A stretch of 64,000 nt of DNA, taken from Takakia lepidozioides. Lineage: Eukaryota > Plantae > Bryophyta. Below, piece by piece: positions 25,154-38,860 of the stretch. The DNA lies in the NCBI GenBank assembly GCA_030704615.1, contig CM060732.1, positions 18,104,001 to 18,168,000 on the forward strand, written 5' to 3'. The stretch's first letter is position 1. Every line of letters begins with the position of its first letter. A program made the translations under genes and the position numbers. The notes beneath the pieces were generated by a model, which had not been told where the DNA came from, made no database searches, and saw nothing but the letters and a program-made list of their open reading frames with translations.

Positions 25154-28100
25154 CTAGTGGATGAAGATGTCCCGCTTGGGATCACAAACCATCCTCTTCA
25201 AGAAGATGAAATACAGATGTTTGCAGGGAATGAATTTTCCTCTCTTTCCCAAACTTGTTGAAAGCATGCCAACAAAGTCTGGATAGGTGCAATTGGGGAA
25301 ATTTGAGATAGTGATGTCGTAAGATTTGTCCTGCAGAGCAGATGTCAATGTCACCATTGTGTAGATCCGGCCATACCCTGGATCAGGAACTTTCGCTGTG
25401 CCTGCAACACGAGCTTGAAGCATTCTTGCTGATTCCACCTTGCCGAAATGTTCAGCAGTTGGAGGAAAACGCCGAACCAGCTTTCCATTCCGTCTAGTTG
25501 GCCACACATGAGCATCTGTTGGAGGCAATCGAGAACTTGCAGAACTCGATGCACCTGCACGCACAGTCCGTTGTCTTTCAAGGGCGAAGCCCGCATCCTC
25601 CAGCATTGCAATCTCTTGAGCTGAGAGACCTGTCCCCACCTTCACAGGCCAAACGCTTGGTGGAGCAGGCTTCATGACCACCGATGGTCGCATTATTCCA
25701 CGCACGCATCTACCACAGTCATCAGCGCGGAACCAGAATTTGTGGTTCTTGGCCTCTGATTGGCCGTATGGGTGGAACAAACCAGTGAAAGTCGGAGCTG
25801 GAGTCCGGGCACTGCCTCTTGATATGAAGGACGTGCACTTCTCGAAAGTGGTGGCCCTGATCGCCAAACATTTCACCCGAGACCTAGCACCGATGCGTTC
25901 TATATATGTACCAAACGTCATCGGGTCACATGGACTCCACCACATCAGGTAGCATGTTTTCTTGCACCATTGCATTGACAGAGGGATATGCAGGGGCTTG
26001 GCGTCGTGACGAAGTTTCCTCCGCAGTGGTGGTTCCGGACATGGATCTATGATGCAAGGGAACACGGGGCGTAGAGAAGTTGTCCCGGTCTGCCCTGTGC
26101 GAATCCGCATCCGAACCAGATGGGGTGTTCAATTTTTGCTTGCAAGAGCCGAATCTCTCATCGCCTTCCAGATGTGGAGCTCTTGACACGAGAGGGGTTC
26201 CATCGGCATAAAGGCTCACCGCCCTGGCAATCTTGCTCGGATCCCCTGATCTTCTTGCAGCTCGCAACAACAACTCATTTTTGTCTGGACCCTTGCCACC
26301 AACCCCACCTCGCCAAAACTCCCGGTACCTGGTTTGTTGCTGCAAAGCACGCGTCAGGTCGTCGGTTGTCACCACATACAAATCTCTTCCCTGTTTTCCT
26401 GATTGTTGCAACCAGACATTGTGCACTGTCTCCGCCAGATTGCAAGATGGCATGTCCACCATCTCCTCAAAGGACATGTGCTGCACAATGGGTAAACACA
26501 CTTCAGAAAGGAGAATAGATAGACCCTTCTACAATAACGATGGGAAAAAAGGAGACAAAGCATCCAATTTTTCCATGCAACAAAAGCAACATATCGTTGT
26601 CATGCATGCTCCCCACTACCTGTACCAGAAGTGCCAATACGCAAGCCAGTCTTCCAGTGCTCTCATACTGTCACTACAAAAGAAGTTGGGTTTCATGACT
26701 GTGGCTTTCCCGTAGTCATGGCACATCTGACTAAATGAATGACTACATAGTTGTGAATGCAGTTAGAAATGAATAAAATAGTTTATATTTGTAATATGTA
26801 ATCGTGACATATTTGTAATATGTAGTCGTGACAGCGCTGGTATATATGACTACATGTCAGCCTCCCGTCAGCACGCTCAGATGACACGTCACTTGTCTTC
26901 AGTCAGTCATGGGGACTTATAACTGTCAGGTACATGTGACTACAATTTCTCTACGACCAGGGTTTTATGACTGTTAGTCATGAGGGACTTATGACTAGAA
27001 AATAGTCATGAATCCCAGTCACAGATCCCTATTTTTGTTGTAGTGTGTCCAGGGATGCAGCCCCACACGAGAACCACCAGGCACGAATTGTTTAGAACAA
27101 GGTATTCGCCTCTGCCATAGTTTTGGCATCTTTGTATTGTTTGCACAACCTGCGATGCAAAGTCTGCATCTCCGGCTTGATGTTTGCCTTTGTATGTTTT
27201 TCCAGCGACTGTGTCTAATGGAAAAGACAGGTACGTTCTCTTTCCGGCATGGGCACTTTTGGATCACCTGATCCGAAAATAATGCAAACCGCATTGAAAT
27301 TCGCCTGAGCATTATCGGCCATGAATCCTGCAAAATTTGGAGATGAGACACCATGGTAGCTCATAACACGAATCAAAGATTTCCACATCAGCTGATGGGA
27401 TTCTGCATCCTCTGATTGCATGTCGCACACTGCAATTATCATGACTCATTGGTATTCAGGGTCATAAACATGACATGCCATTGTTGTCCAATCTTTCACA
27501 TGATCAAACATAAGAAAAAACTACTTCAGATCGCCACCCCTCTGCATCCTCGTTACAAGGCTCACCCCACTGCCCTCCCCAGTTGTCGACATCTTGGAAA
27601 GGAACACTTTGTTTTGTCTTTGTCATGGGAACACACTATCTTGAATGTAGTCGTACCTGCTGATTCGCTTCAATTCCAAAATGTTGTCCATGTAGCCTCT
27701 GTTTCCTGAGCGCATTCTCAATGCATTTACCTGGTGTCGAATGTTCGGCGAACTCAACATGGAGAAATGATCCATGACAATGTCCAAAGCTGGCCCTTCA
27801 AGTTTCCTGTTGACAGAATCTCCTGCGCTGAGAATATGACTCTCCAATAATGTCTTGTCGTGGATTTGAGACGGTGCACCATATAGTACATTCTTGCACC
27901 ACACACTACCAGGTAGGCAGGTACGAGCCTGCGGAACCTACACACGAAAGTGTCGGAGCTTGGAGGAGCCATCCCGGGCTTGAATGGATTGTCCGCAATA
28001 CCCTTCCACTCACTCTGGTTCTGGACTCTAGACTGAAGGAAATGCCTGCAATTGAAGTTCTCGCACCTCAGGTGCCCATTGCAAACCGTTCTCCTGAATA

Positions 28101-28740
28101 TGAGGTTATCTTGATTCTGAATATTGGATGTTTTCGTTCTACACCATGGGTGTCCATCATGTTTCTTGTCCATTCCTTCCATTAGACTTGAAATGCCTCC
28201 AACCCACCCAGGTGGAGGCAACTCAAAGAGTATATCTCCATCAAAAGTCTCAGGCAGAAACGTCACACGCACAATTTTGAATGTGTCCCACTGAATTCCC
28301 CGCAACTCATTTTTAAAACCGGGCATCCCTCCCATTGACTTCAACTTTGGAATGACACTGCAGATATGTGCAACGTCCGGATCCACAACAAGCGGGGGAT
28401 GCACCGCAGATGGTAGTTCAAAGACCTCCTCCTCCGACAAGTCCGACAGCTCGACGATTGGGGTGGAGCTTGTTGTCTCCTTCTTCACCATGACCTCTCT
28501 TTTGTCTAGAACAACCGAAGCAGTTGTTCCCGGTGTGACATAGCACTCAACGGATTGCCGTCGAGGATCTCCTAGGACCCTGTATCTTCCTGGCGGAACT
28601 CTCCACTAACTGATATGCGCAGTTTCATCAGGGTTTTGGAACGAGTATTTCAGCAGCTTCCCGTCAACACCGTAAACCTCTCTCTCTAGAAAGATAGTGT
28701 CATGCTCGAGCTTGAAGCTGTGGCAAGGACATTTCCCTGC
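25154..28740 (-). pseudogene. GCM-domain Mutator-like transposase, copy A (disrupted)
   Basis: GMDKKHDGHPWCRTKTS, CNGHLRC, GFMADNAQANF, ERTCLFH, CNLAETVHNVW and SWIM CTxPDF...PCKHLYF; collinear with 43279-46877; deletion near 27850 and a CACTA insertion. Confidence 0.9.
26672..27045. mobile_element. Non-autonomous CACTA (En/Spm) element, 374 bp
   Basis: CACTACAAAA...TTGTTGTAGTG TIRs, 3-bp TSD TGT/TGT and subterminal (A)TGACT/AGTCAT repeats; removing it restores the frame AASLDSMRALEDW. Confidence 0.92.
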
Positions 28741-30129
28741 ACAACTGCGAACCCCTTTCTCATCCCCTTTCTCATCCACATCTTTCGAGAAAGACACAGG
28801 TCTCTCCTCAGAGAATAACTTTGCTTCAGAGGAAGCCATGTTACATCACAGAGATTAGCTGAAATCCTCAGGGTACAAAGGCACACAGCCTGTGTTTGAA
28901 TTGTGGATGCAAACCAGACTGATTGGAGAAGCTGTTTTCGCACACACGAAGTTCCCAAACTTGATGTGATTCCTGTTGCACCCAAAAGAGCACGTGCATG
29001 AGTAGTCAAAAAGGTCCCATACCATGGTAAAATTGGAAAGGCAAGCTGTCCTATGCCAGATCAGGATTAAGGGAAAAGATGGCGCAGCCTCCAAATTCTG
29101 ACTCCAATGTGAGAACAACCTATCCGGGCACTAGAAACACACAATGCAATGAATGGTGTATTTCAGCAAAATGTGCTTAATTAATCCCACATGTAAGTCG
29201 GAAAATGGATTTTTATTTTTTTCTAGGGACATAAGTACACTAATTCGGCAGCCGGTGGAAACAAGACAAATGTGTGGACACAAGGCATCCAGCAGCATGG
29301 CGGAGTAATTTTCCGCCGTCGGACACCATTTTCTGCTAACATACATCCTGATCACCCGACAAGAGAGCCGGTATCAGTGCCGGTATCCTGCCTCTATCTT
29401 ACAAGGAGCCGCAAACTTTTATATTTTATTAAACCCACACATGTGATTCTCGTAAATTTCCAACGTCTCCACCACTCCAAGTGGCCTCCGTTTAGAATAC
29501 CCTACGAAACAGTCACGAGAATGGATAGAAGGGTTTGGATGAATCATGAAAAACGGGAATGTGGATGAATGTAGTTCGTCATCCTGGATTTCCTACGCAT
29601 GGAAATACGCGCAGGCATGTCCGCACATTGCCAACAAGCCAGATCTTTGTGTATCGGCCAAGCTGGAGAGCTGCAGTGGAAGTGAAGGGAGGAGCTTGTG
29701 TTTCCAGTGGAGGAAGAGAGTCACTGTATTTCACAAGTAGTCGTGATAGGAAGAAAGCCAGAGACAAAATGAGGTTGAAAAACATCATGGAGAATGAAGA
29801 TGGTAAAGAAGGCATAGACGAGAGAGTAGCAATGCAGGAACAGGATCTGCTGCAGCCAGGAGGAACAGCCCGAAATACTTCGCGGAAAGGGGGAAGAGGA
29901 AACGGCTTCAGAGGGCGAGACAGATGCCAACGAGGAGGATTCACGCGACTTCTTGCAGAAAGGGCTGGTGGAGAGGATGCTTGGCAAAGACTCACAGGAG
30001 CGGGCACCCAAAGCGCAAAGTGGCCGCAGCAATTGACATTGCTTCCTTCATTGGACATAGAAAGGTACACTTCTGTAGCATGAAAGTGATTGATGAAGCA
30101 GGTTTGCAGTGATGTGAATTGTGCGCCGA

Positions 30130-31420
30130 AACAGTGTGCCGCGCCGCACACTGGTTCGGCCTCTGTGAAGGTGAGTCAAGGAACAGTTAGAACCGGCAAG
30201 ATGGCATACTTGAGGGAACCTGTGTAGCAGAAAGAGACGGCGCGTAGTAGTGGAAAACGAGGGTGAAACCATGGCAGATATAGTGTGCGGTGCCGCACAC
30301 TGTTGCGGGAGCTCTTTGTGTATCCGTTTGGCAACAGAAAATCTAGACATGAAGGGGCTTTGTAGCAGGGTAGAATGAACACAGGAAGGGTATGCGGCAC
30401 CTCCACAAACCTTTTTTTCCACTACGCAACAGGAGGATACGTTTGAATGTTGTGATAGAGGTTCATGAAAATATTGCAGAAATGAGTGTGCGGTGCCGTA
30501 CACTCTTTCGCCCATCCCAGCAGCACAAATTTTGAAATAGAAAAGTCGTGAAGTTTGAGGGCCTCAGTAGTGCTGCAGCAAAGTGAACTCGAAGCAGAAA
30601 ACGGTGTGCACCCCGTACAGCCGGTTCTCCGCCTCCGGCAGCCATCGAAAGGCAGCCAGCCGGTTGGGCTCTGTCAATCGCACACTGTTTCTGCCTCTTG
30701 ACAAGGTGCGTTTTTGATGTCATGTATAGGGCTTGTTGCGGTGAGGAAAAAGAATGAGGAGACAGCAAACAACAGTGTGCGGTGCCGCACACTGTTACTG
30801 CCCCTCAACATGGAGTGGGTTCTCATGTCCAAAAAACAGGAAATGGTGAATACCTGCTGATTAAAGTTGATGGCTTGAAGGCAGATAACAGTGTGCGGTA
30901 CACCGCACACTGTCTCTACCCTCTCTAAGTCAGCTTTTTGATGTCTTCAAGAACAACAGAAAGGCTGCATAAAGTGATGAATGAAAGCAACTGATTCAGA
31001 TTGAAATGAAAGCAAAGAACAGTGTGTGGCACCGCACACTGTTTCCGCTCCTTTCTGTGCTATGATTTTAGTGTCTTAAACAACAAGGGATTGGGCTGCA
31101 TTTTGTCATTTAACAGAATGATGAGAAAGCACAATGTTTCTGCCACTGTACATTTACAGTGTGTGTTATTTGCCTAAACTTCAGTGGCCTTAAGCTATAC
31201 ATCCAACCTTTTCTCCTGTTGTTTAAGACATGAACACCATACCATTTCGATGTTGAGGTTGAGAGAAACAATGTTTGAAACAGTATGCTTTCTGTACACT
31301 CGCACACTGTTTCACTACAGTATGGTTTTGATGGCTTAATCCAAAGGATCGGGCAGCAGTATGTGGTGATGAAGCATAGTAAAATGAAACCAGGTGTAGT
31401 GTGCGGTGGCGCACACTCTC
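30130..31420. repeat. Dispersed palindrome array, consensus CAGTGTGCGG(Y/R)CCGCACACTG
   Basis: About 8 copies, near 30133, 30283, 30390, 30486, 30775, 30891, 31022 and 31399. Confidence 0.9.
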
Positions 31421-31786
31421 TTCTGCCCCTTCACCTGGTTTGCTTTTGGTGGTTTATACCATAGGAGGTAGTACTGGATTTCGTGATGAAGTCATTTGCA
31501 GATCATTTGCAGATCAATTGAATCCATTTCAGATGAAGTCCATTGAAACAATCACTCAAGGGTAAACAAGTTGATATCATGGCATACATTGTGTAAACAA
31601 TTGTAATAGCAGGGTGTCTCAAATGTAGGAAGGATACAATGTACATGAAGAAGGGGAGACTGCTGGAAAGTTTATGTAGGCTTGGAATAGTACACTGTTT
31701 CAGGCACCCCGGATCATGTGAATTTGCAATTTCAGGGGTGGAAAGAGTGGACCTTATCACTGACTTGTGGGTTCTATCTCTTGCAG

Positions 31787-33790
31787 GGGAAGATACAAAA
31801 ACTGCAGGATGCCAACCCAGCAATGCAGACAGAGGAGACGAACAAGGAACCGGATGATGTGGAGGAAGATGAGGAAGATGCCTACTACGAACGCAAGGCC
31901 GCAGAGGTGATTGGGAGCCAAAAGGTGAACTCCCAACTAGTAGTGGATCATATGCTTGTCGTAGGCGGGAGGTTGAAGATTCCGCTTTGCAGGCCCGTTG
32001 TTCGTCCACCGCTCCAAAAGGACATTCAAAAGCTGGAGGCAGACTTCGTTCACGGGTACTTGGATGGTTCCACGGTGTTTTATGTTTATATTAAGGATTC
32101 CACAGGCAAGGAGACTCTTGTGGATGAGTCAGTGAAAGAATCATGGGATCCCATTTGGAGGCAGGTGAATGAAGCCTTTGAACTACTACTTTCGACGAAA
32201 CCAATCACAGCCGCATTTTCTGGCAAGATGTTTCACGTCTAGGATGGGAATCATCATTTGTTAGCATGGATGGCTGTCATCAAGAGGCTGCACTCTACGA
32301 AGGAAGGCTGGCACTACTTAGTTCGAGCAATGGTCCTCGATTGTGCGGGAAACACGATGGGGCTTTTAACTGCGATGAATGATGTGAACAGGTGGGTTTG
32401 GTTATCCACATGATTCCTGGGTTAGTTTACTTTGTCTCTGCATGCCATTTCTCCTTCCCTCTTTAACTCACTGTTTTGGTTCAATCCACAGGGGGACGGA
32501 GACATCGCATGTAACCACGAGCTTGGTGCACATCCTGTTCAGGATACAGCGGATCGGTCAGATGCCATTAATAAATTTCAAAACTATCCTAGCGCCGGAG
32601 ACATACAAGAAGTGCGAGGGTTCCAAGACTTCAGAGACCTGGTACTCGCTCACGCGGGAGGTTTTCTTGGAGTATATGTACGCGGTCAGTGACATTTCTG
32701 CTTTGCCATATGTGGGTTTTTGGTTGGTGTAGTATGTTATGTTTGTTTCTTATGTTCGCTCAACAAAAGTGTTGCTGTGGATTTCCATGTAGCAAGAAAT
32801 AGCGGAAGCGGGTGAGCGTGGGAAGCTGGAGTACTACAGCTCTACTCCTGAAGAGAAGAGGTCTGCCAAGGGTGTTAAGGAACACATCAGCAAAGAGATG
32901 GAATTGACACGGAGGAACTTGATGAGTGCTTTCGTGAAGCAGCTCCGCATTGCTGACCCCACATTTGGGGAGCAGTTCCTCGTGGAGGTGAGAAACCACT
33001 ACAACAAACCTTGAATCATTTCCTGCAGGCCAAAACAACCAAATCCTGGGTGAACGGGAAAGAGAGGACGTATGCAGCGGAGTTGGTCATTTTGGACATC
33101 CCCGATGGGCTGGCAGTTCCAGATGTGCCTCCAGCAGATGCTTGCCCAGGCTTTCTGTTTTGGGTGTTTCATAGATGGTGCCTGATGTTCTCGGTTCTCA
33201 CCAAAATGTGGTTGGGATGTTTGTAGACTCGACTGTATGAGGCGGTTTGTCTTGTTCGGGTGCATCCTGCGACTACTCCAGGCGGGATTAAGGAGTTCGC
33301 TATCACTCATGGGGGGAAATGCATTGACGAGAGGACAGATCCTCCTGTGGACGACATGCACCACAACTACGTGGACTATAACATATGTTTGAGAAGGCGA
33401 AATGGCGTTCCTTGGAGAGGGGCCAGGGAGAGGAGCCCGGCTTTCATTCAAACAATTGTGGAGTATTGCTCCTACACAGACGCCAGAGTTGTGGATTTGT
33501 CCATGGGCACAGGTTGTGCTCTGCAGCCCTCACTCTTCTGCACTTTCTGTGTGCATGCCCTCATTCCACACTTTCAACACACTCCTTCAATCTGAAACCA
33601 TTGTTGATTTCATTTGCAGGTGCTTTGTACCACGCATGTAAGGCCAGTGCAAGACACCTGTTCGGATTTGAGGGTGATGTGGATATCTACACGAACCTCC
33701 TGTTGGTTTGGGTGGAAGTTCCTCTACACCCCTTCCGAAGGAGGTCCCGGTTCTCATTGATACCGGGGAGACGTCCGACAAGGAGCTTGA
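31787..33790 (+). pseudogene. ParB/Srx-like domain fused to a beta-class N4-C/N6-A DNA methyltransferase-like domain (spliced, damaged)
   Basis: LKIPLCR..VVRP...GKMFHV(W>*)DGNH(R>H)LLAW; ELVILDIPDG (motif IV-like, about 33080-33108); PWRGARERSPAFIQTIVEYCS..DARVVDLSMGT^GALYHACKASARHLFGFEGD (motifs X, I, II) across intron 33513-33619. Confidence 0.75.
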
Positions 33791-36497
33791 TGATGACTTT
33801 ACCTGTGAGTAAGTTCGGCTTCTTGGATGCTTCAATTCCATTTCAGTGTTGTAAGATCACTTGTGTTGTTTCTTCGCTCTCTTTACATCCTAAACAGTCC
33901 ATGTTGCTTTCGGAAAGTTTTCTCATGATTATATTGTTTGCATACTGTGCAGGAGTCCTTGTGGATCAAAAGGCCTTCCCTTGCTTGGGAATCTTCTTGC
34001 ACTGGTTTCCAGTCCTCCTCCCTCTTACGAGCTGACTTAGTATGCGGAGGGGATCTCAAGGAGTATGGCTTTGCATGGCACATGCAGTCCGACCATAGTC
34101 CACCAGAGTAGAAAACAAGGTTATGGGGCTAGAATTTTTGTCGACGATATAGCGTATGAAGCAGATGGGGTGTCAGGTGACGTTGACACCTGTCCGTTTC
34201 ATGCTTAGGTCCACAATGTGATACTGTGTAACTTCGCTAATAGACACGGGTGTGGGGCAATGTAACTTAGAACTGCCATGTAGTTCTGGTTGCAGTTTGT
34301 ACTACTCTGGCAAACGATGAGGAAAGATGGAATCATATGTGATGTTCATTGCTTTCATTTCGGAAAAATGTGTTTGTAATGTTGTTGTAATGTGGATGTA
34401 GTGATTCACGAAGAACTACACACTGCCACTGTGTCTCCATTCCCCCAATTTCGGCTGTACATTGTGTCTGCTCTTAAGCCCTTAAGTCCAGGATGATATC
34501 AAGCACAGTACTGTTTTTGCTAATGTCAGATTTGAGTAACTTCCTGGTAAAGCATCTCTACTACAACAGGTCACAGGAAGTTCTCATATAGATGCTACAG
34601 GACTATGATGACCCGACCTTCCCTGCGAGTATGCTGTCATGAAGCCAAAGCAGACAAATGTCTTCTGAACCATGTCATGCATAGTTCATCTCCTTAATAT
34701 TTTTGTGGGAGAAAGTAGCCAGCCTGGTACATACTACCATTTCTTCTGCAATTTCACTGTCCACATCACTCAACCTCTGTGCTCCAGAGCCAAATCATCA
34801 ACTATAATGAAGAGCGCAAATCTCAAAAGCCACTCTAAAATGCAACTGGCCTCCAATTAATTCCTGTTCCTTCCCCCAGTCACATGCGGGACTTGTCACA
34901 TTTTGGAAGTGCAGAATGATTTCTGACAAGAAAGTAACACCAGGTAGGATGCCAACATTCCAAGCATACAAATCATGTCAGTCTCCTGGACATCATACCC
35001 ACTTGTATTTCTCTCCACGTTTCACATCCATCGTAAATGTGGATGGTGAAGGAAGTTTTTGGATGATAAATGAGGGCAAACCAATGGGTGGCAAAAGCGG
35101 TTCAGTCCGCGGAAATAGGTGCAGTCTGCAGAATTAGGTGGCGATGACACGGCGTCTCTTGGTGACATGGCGATGATGTGGCATGAGCGTGGCAGGCTCA
35201 CGTGCTCACACGCTCACGCAGCTAGGCTCCCGTGGAGGCATTCTTCTAAATCTCTCTTCAATGCACACAAAAATTATAATGAGGCCTCTCTCCGTCGCGG
35301 TGACCACCAGGCTGAGCTGCAGGTCATTTGGGAGGTCAGCACCAACCCTCTTTTGTCTGTGTGCTTCTGTATCTACCTCCATTCTGACCTTGTATTTAGG
35401 CTGTCTGTCCGTTCCTATTTCTGTCTTCCCCTCACAGATTTTTGTCAGTGTATCTGAGGTTGTGTAACATCATCTTAGGGACATTTCTATGGATTTCATC
35501 TGAATGGTTTTGCAGGAAATGGTTTTGCAGGAAATTGGTGAAGAGGAGGCACACCGGCTGGAGGAACTGCGACAAGGTATTAGTGTCAGTGGATAAGGCT
35601 TGGGTTTGGTTTGGGTTAGTGTTCGCATAAGCAGTCTGTTTCAGTTGCTCTAAAGGATGGCCTCGAAACTACGACTATACTGGATGGTTTGAATTGTTCC
35701 TTCATCTTCTACATTTGAAATACTTCAACCCACTGTTTTCCATTGTATGAGGTAGCTGATTCATAGCTCAAAGGTCCTCACCCACCATACCATCTCTAAA
35801 GAATTGCATGTTGCCTTTAACTTCAGAGACAACATATACATCAAAGATTCACACTCGGCCAAAAGAATCCCTCAAACAGTCACCCATGCATACTGTTATC
35901 AATCATTGGGAAGAGAACCATCACTGGAGAAGGGAGGGGACAGTCAAGGCAAAATAACAAAACATGCAGGTGCCCTTTTCAAGTTCTGAGGTCACAAACT
36001 CAGTATTCAGCTCATAAAAAGCCCGGCCTCACCCATCCATAACCCCATTTGTACCACAACAAGAAATTTCAGAAAGCAACATTGACTAGCAAAGATTTTG
36101 GTTCAAGCTCAAAGACTCAAGAATAGCGTGACCTCCTCCTTCGTCAACCCTGTGTGTACAATTCTATCAAAAGAAAACAAGAGACTACATACCTCTTAGA
36201 TGCAAATAGATGCATAAACCCTAAACCCAGATTGTGAATTTGGGTCAAACCCAATGTAAGCAAAAAAGTGGGGGTGCACCTCCAAGCACATCTATGTCAG
36301 AAATGTCAGAGTTGTCTCTTTAAACAAACAGAGCAACTTGAATATGTCACATGCAGTTTATAGGTTCCAGTACATACAGTTGAACAACCTAAAGCTTGTT
36401 CTGTTCTTGTTCTGCATATTATGCACATGTTCTGATCAATGCAAAACAGGGGGGGACACATTGTGGCCATGCCCCTAGGCGTCATTTTTCTTCTCAA

Positions 36498-37150
36498 CTA
36501 ACTTTCCAAAATGTTCAACGAGCTTTCCAAAACGCGACACCATGGTGCGCTGGTTACTTGAAGCTGCCTACTCTGTAGCAAAGGTTGCTCTAGCTTTTTC
36601 AACCTCAAATTTAAAAATGTCATCTTGAAGTTGAAATGATTTGGCAAACCTTTCCATTCGCTCCTTCCTTCCTCCATGTTTTTGAACAGACCGTCATTCC
36701 CTTCCTTGAAGGCCTTGAGTAGATTGGCAGTGGCTGTGCTTCCCTTCTTTTTCTTACCCGTCAAATTGGTAAAGGGTGTGGGAGAGGTGTTGGTATACCT
36801 CTTCCGGCCCATCACTGGAGGCCGACCCCGTGCAGGAATCGGCGCCTCATCAGGCTCTACCCGCACATGGGCCACTCCATCCAATGATGGTAGAGCAGGT
36901 GCAGCCTCATCATCAGCATAGGGTAGTACTTCCTCTTCCATATGAGGCAACGATATATCTATGTCTACAGGGGGCAAATGAGCAACAGTTGGTGTTACCC
37001 TCATCATTCATGCTCACTGCTGTCACTTTGGGCGCGTTGCACGCACGCTCAGTCAGGAAGTTCATGTCCTCAAAGAGGTCCCTGGCGAATTCACTAGAAG
37101 AAATCATGTCATTTACAACTGGGGAAACGACTCATTTTGAGTCGTAATGG
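36498..37150 (-). pseudogene. Possible Myb/SANT-like (Harbinger ORF2-type) remnant
   Basis: EFARDLFEDMNFLTERACNAP followed by an acidic/basic linker (KKKKG) and a coiled tail; weak similarity only. Confidence 0.3.
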
Positions 37151-38860
37151 ACAAAAAACCCGAGATCGACTGAAGTAGTAAACGACTAGTTACAACAAAC
37201 ATGGAAGTTGGATCGGACATCCAATGTTTGGAGTGGTAATGGACGCAAACGCATCAACGATTGCTCAGTGATTATTGCGATTATTCCTGAGTCACCACGT
37301 GGAGTGGGCCACGTCAGCCGCCCGTGTGTTTGACCTTTTGGGCTGACTTTGATTTTTCCTTTGCATGAGTGGAATGACTCACCGGAAGCTATTGCACCCA
37401 CACCCTTTACATGCTCAAACTGACCATAGTTGCAATCAGACTTCCCTCATGCAACAATGCAGGAACTAATGCATCATGCTAGTGCGATTCTAGACACAAA
37501 AACCAAGCAGTGACCCAAACAGTCGATTTTTACTTCCTCCTCAGCATAATCCTTCCTCTACACAAATAAATGAGTGTGGAGCTTGAAGCTCAAGTCTCTC
37601 GTTCACGTCACCATCACCCTCTCCACTCCTCTATCTCATTCCCCTTCCTTCACTACCATCTGCCGAAAGAAAATGAGAAGCCCACTCCTTTTCACCAAAA
37701 TCTGCCTTGAAACCCAAACCCCACTTGCCTGTGCAATTACTACACATGCAGCTCCTATAGTCGACCATATCAACTAGCTCTGTCCAGAAAACTAACTCAG
37801 CCGCCATCGCAGATACTGACTAAGGAACAGGAAAGTAAATTGCAACCAAAAACTAAGGCATGTAGGCTGTTGTTTGCTCCAGAATACAAAGTGTCAGGAG
37901 CTCGCCATACCCGTGCTTGTGTGCTTGCATGAAGAACGCCGTCACTCATCAATCCCGCCGATCTAGGGCACATGGATGTTTGGCGGATGGATGTCTTCAT
38001 CCAATGAGTCATAATTCATCCATCATTGCTATTCATCCAACTACTTAAATGTTGTAAAATCTTAAGTACTTAGCCCATGGAACAGCTGCAAAAAATAACC
38101 ACATATTCACACTACACCGTCATTAACAGTGTCGTAATGGATCAATTGTGTCGTTGCTGCTGCGGCTTCCACTTGACCATGTATCCATACAGGTTTCTTG
38201 TAGCTATCCTTCCACAGGGAATCATAGGTAATCTGGAGCTTCAAATCCGGTGAATCTGGACCCACACTCTATCCCTGCTCCTTCAGCTATCCATGCCTCT
38301 GCACAGATCATGCATACATCCTTGTCTTGCTGCTGGCATCAATTGCCAAACCCATTAAAGGTCCGCCTTCCACCCAAAGGAATAAATTAGAGGAATCAGC
38401 TCTGTCTTGCTTAGCTTTTTCCTTATTTTCCTCATTCATTCCCACATCATATATAGAATTATTTTTCAGTACCCTTTCATAAGCCTTGGTATGTCAGTAA
38501 AGAAAATTATAGTGGTCTCTACCCTTTCTCCAAGATTACACCATCCTACCAGAATCCGTAGCACGACTTAGTTTTCCTTTACTGATTGATCACCAATCTT
38601 TTAATGGGCACAATAATACCATTTGTCTTTCTCAGTGTATCTGACTTGTAGCAAGTCTTTGGGTATCCAGTACTCTACTGCTTCTATGATCATATGACAA
38701 CGATTACAGAGTAATTGTGCATGTTGTTGCAAACTTCTGCCTCATTAATGAGCTATGTGGTGGTAGGTGGTATGTCCCCTTTGCACACACTATGGTTGGT
38801 TATGTTGCTACTGGGAGAATGTGGTTGATAATGGGAGCTTGCTGGATGGTGATGTTGTTG

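Larger units (their letters stand above)
24581..35227. mobile_element. GCM-MULE DNA transposon, element A (about 10.6 kb)
   Basis: Ends GCCTAGC/GCTAGGC with inverted subterminal GCGTGAGCGTGTGAGC motifs (24610-24680 and 35185-35220); encloses the transposase (-), palindrome array and ParB-MTase gene (+); no clear TSD. Confidence 0.65.

Noticed and set aside
29559-30515. 150-190 aa ORFs between transposase A and the ParB gene
   Set aside because: Low-complexity promoter/UTR-like sequence overlapping the palindrome array, with no counterpart in element B
31787-33790. Bacterial or phage contamination as the source of the ParB-MTase
   Set aside because: The gene has GT-AG introns conserved between two copies and lies inside plant-type TEs
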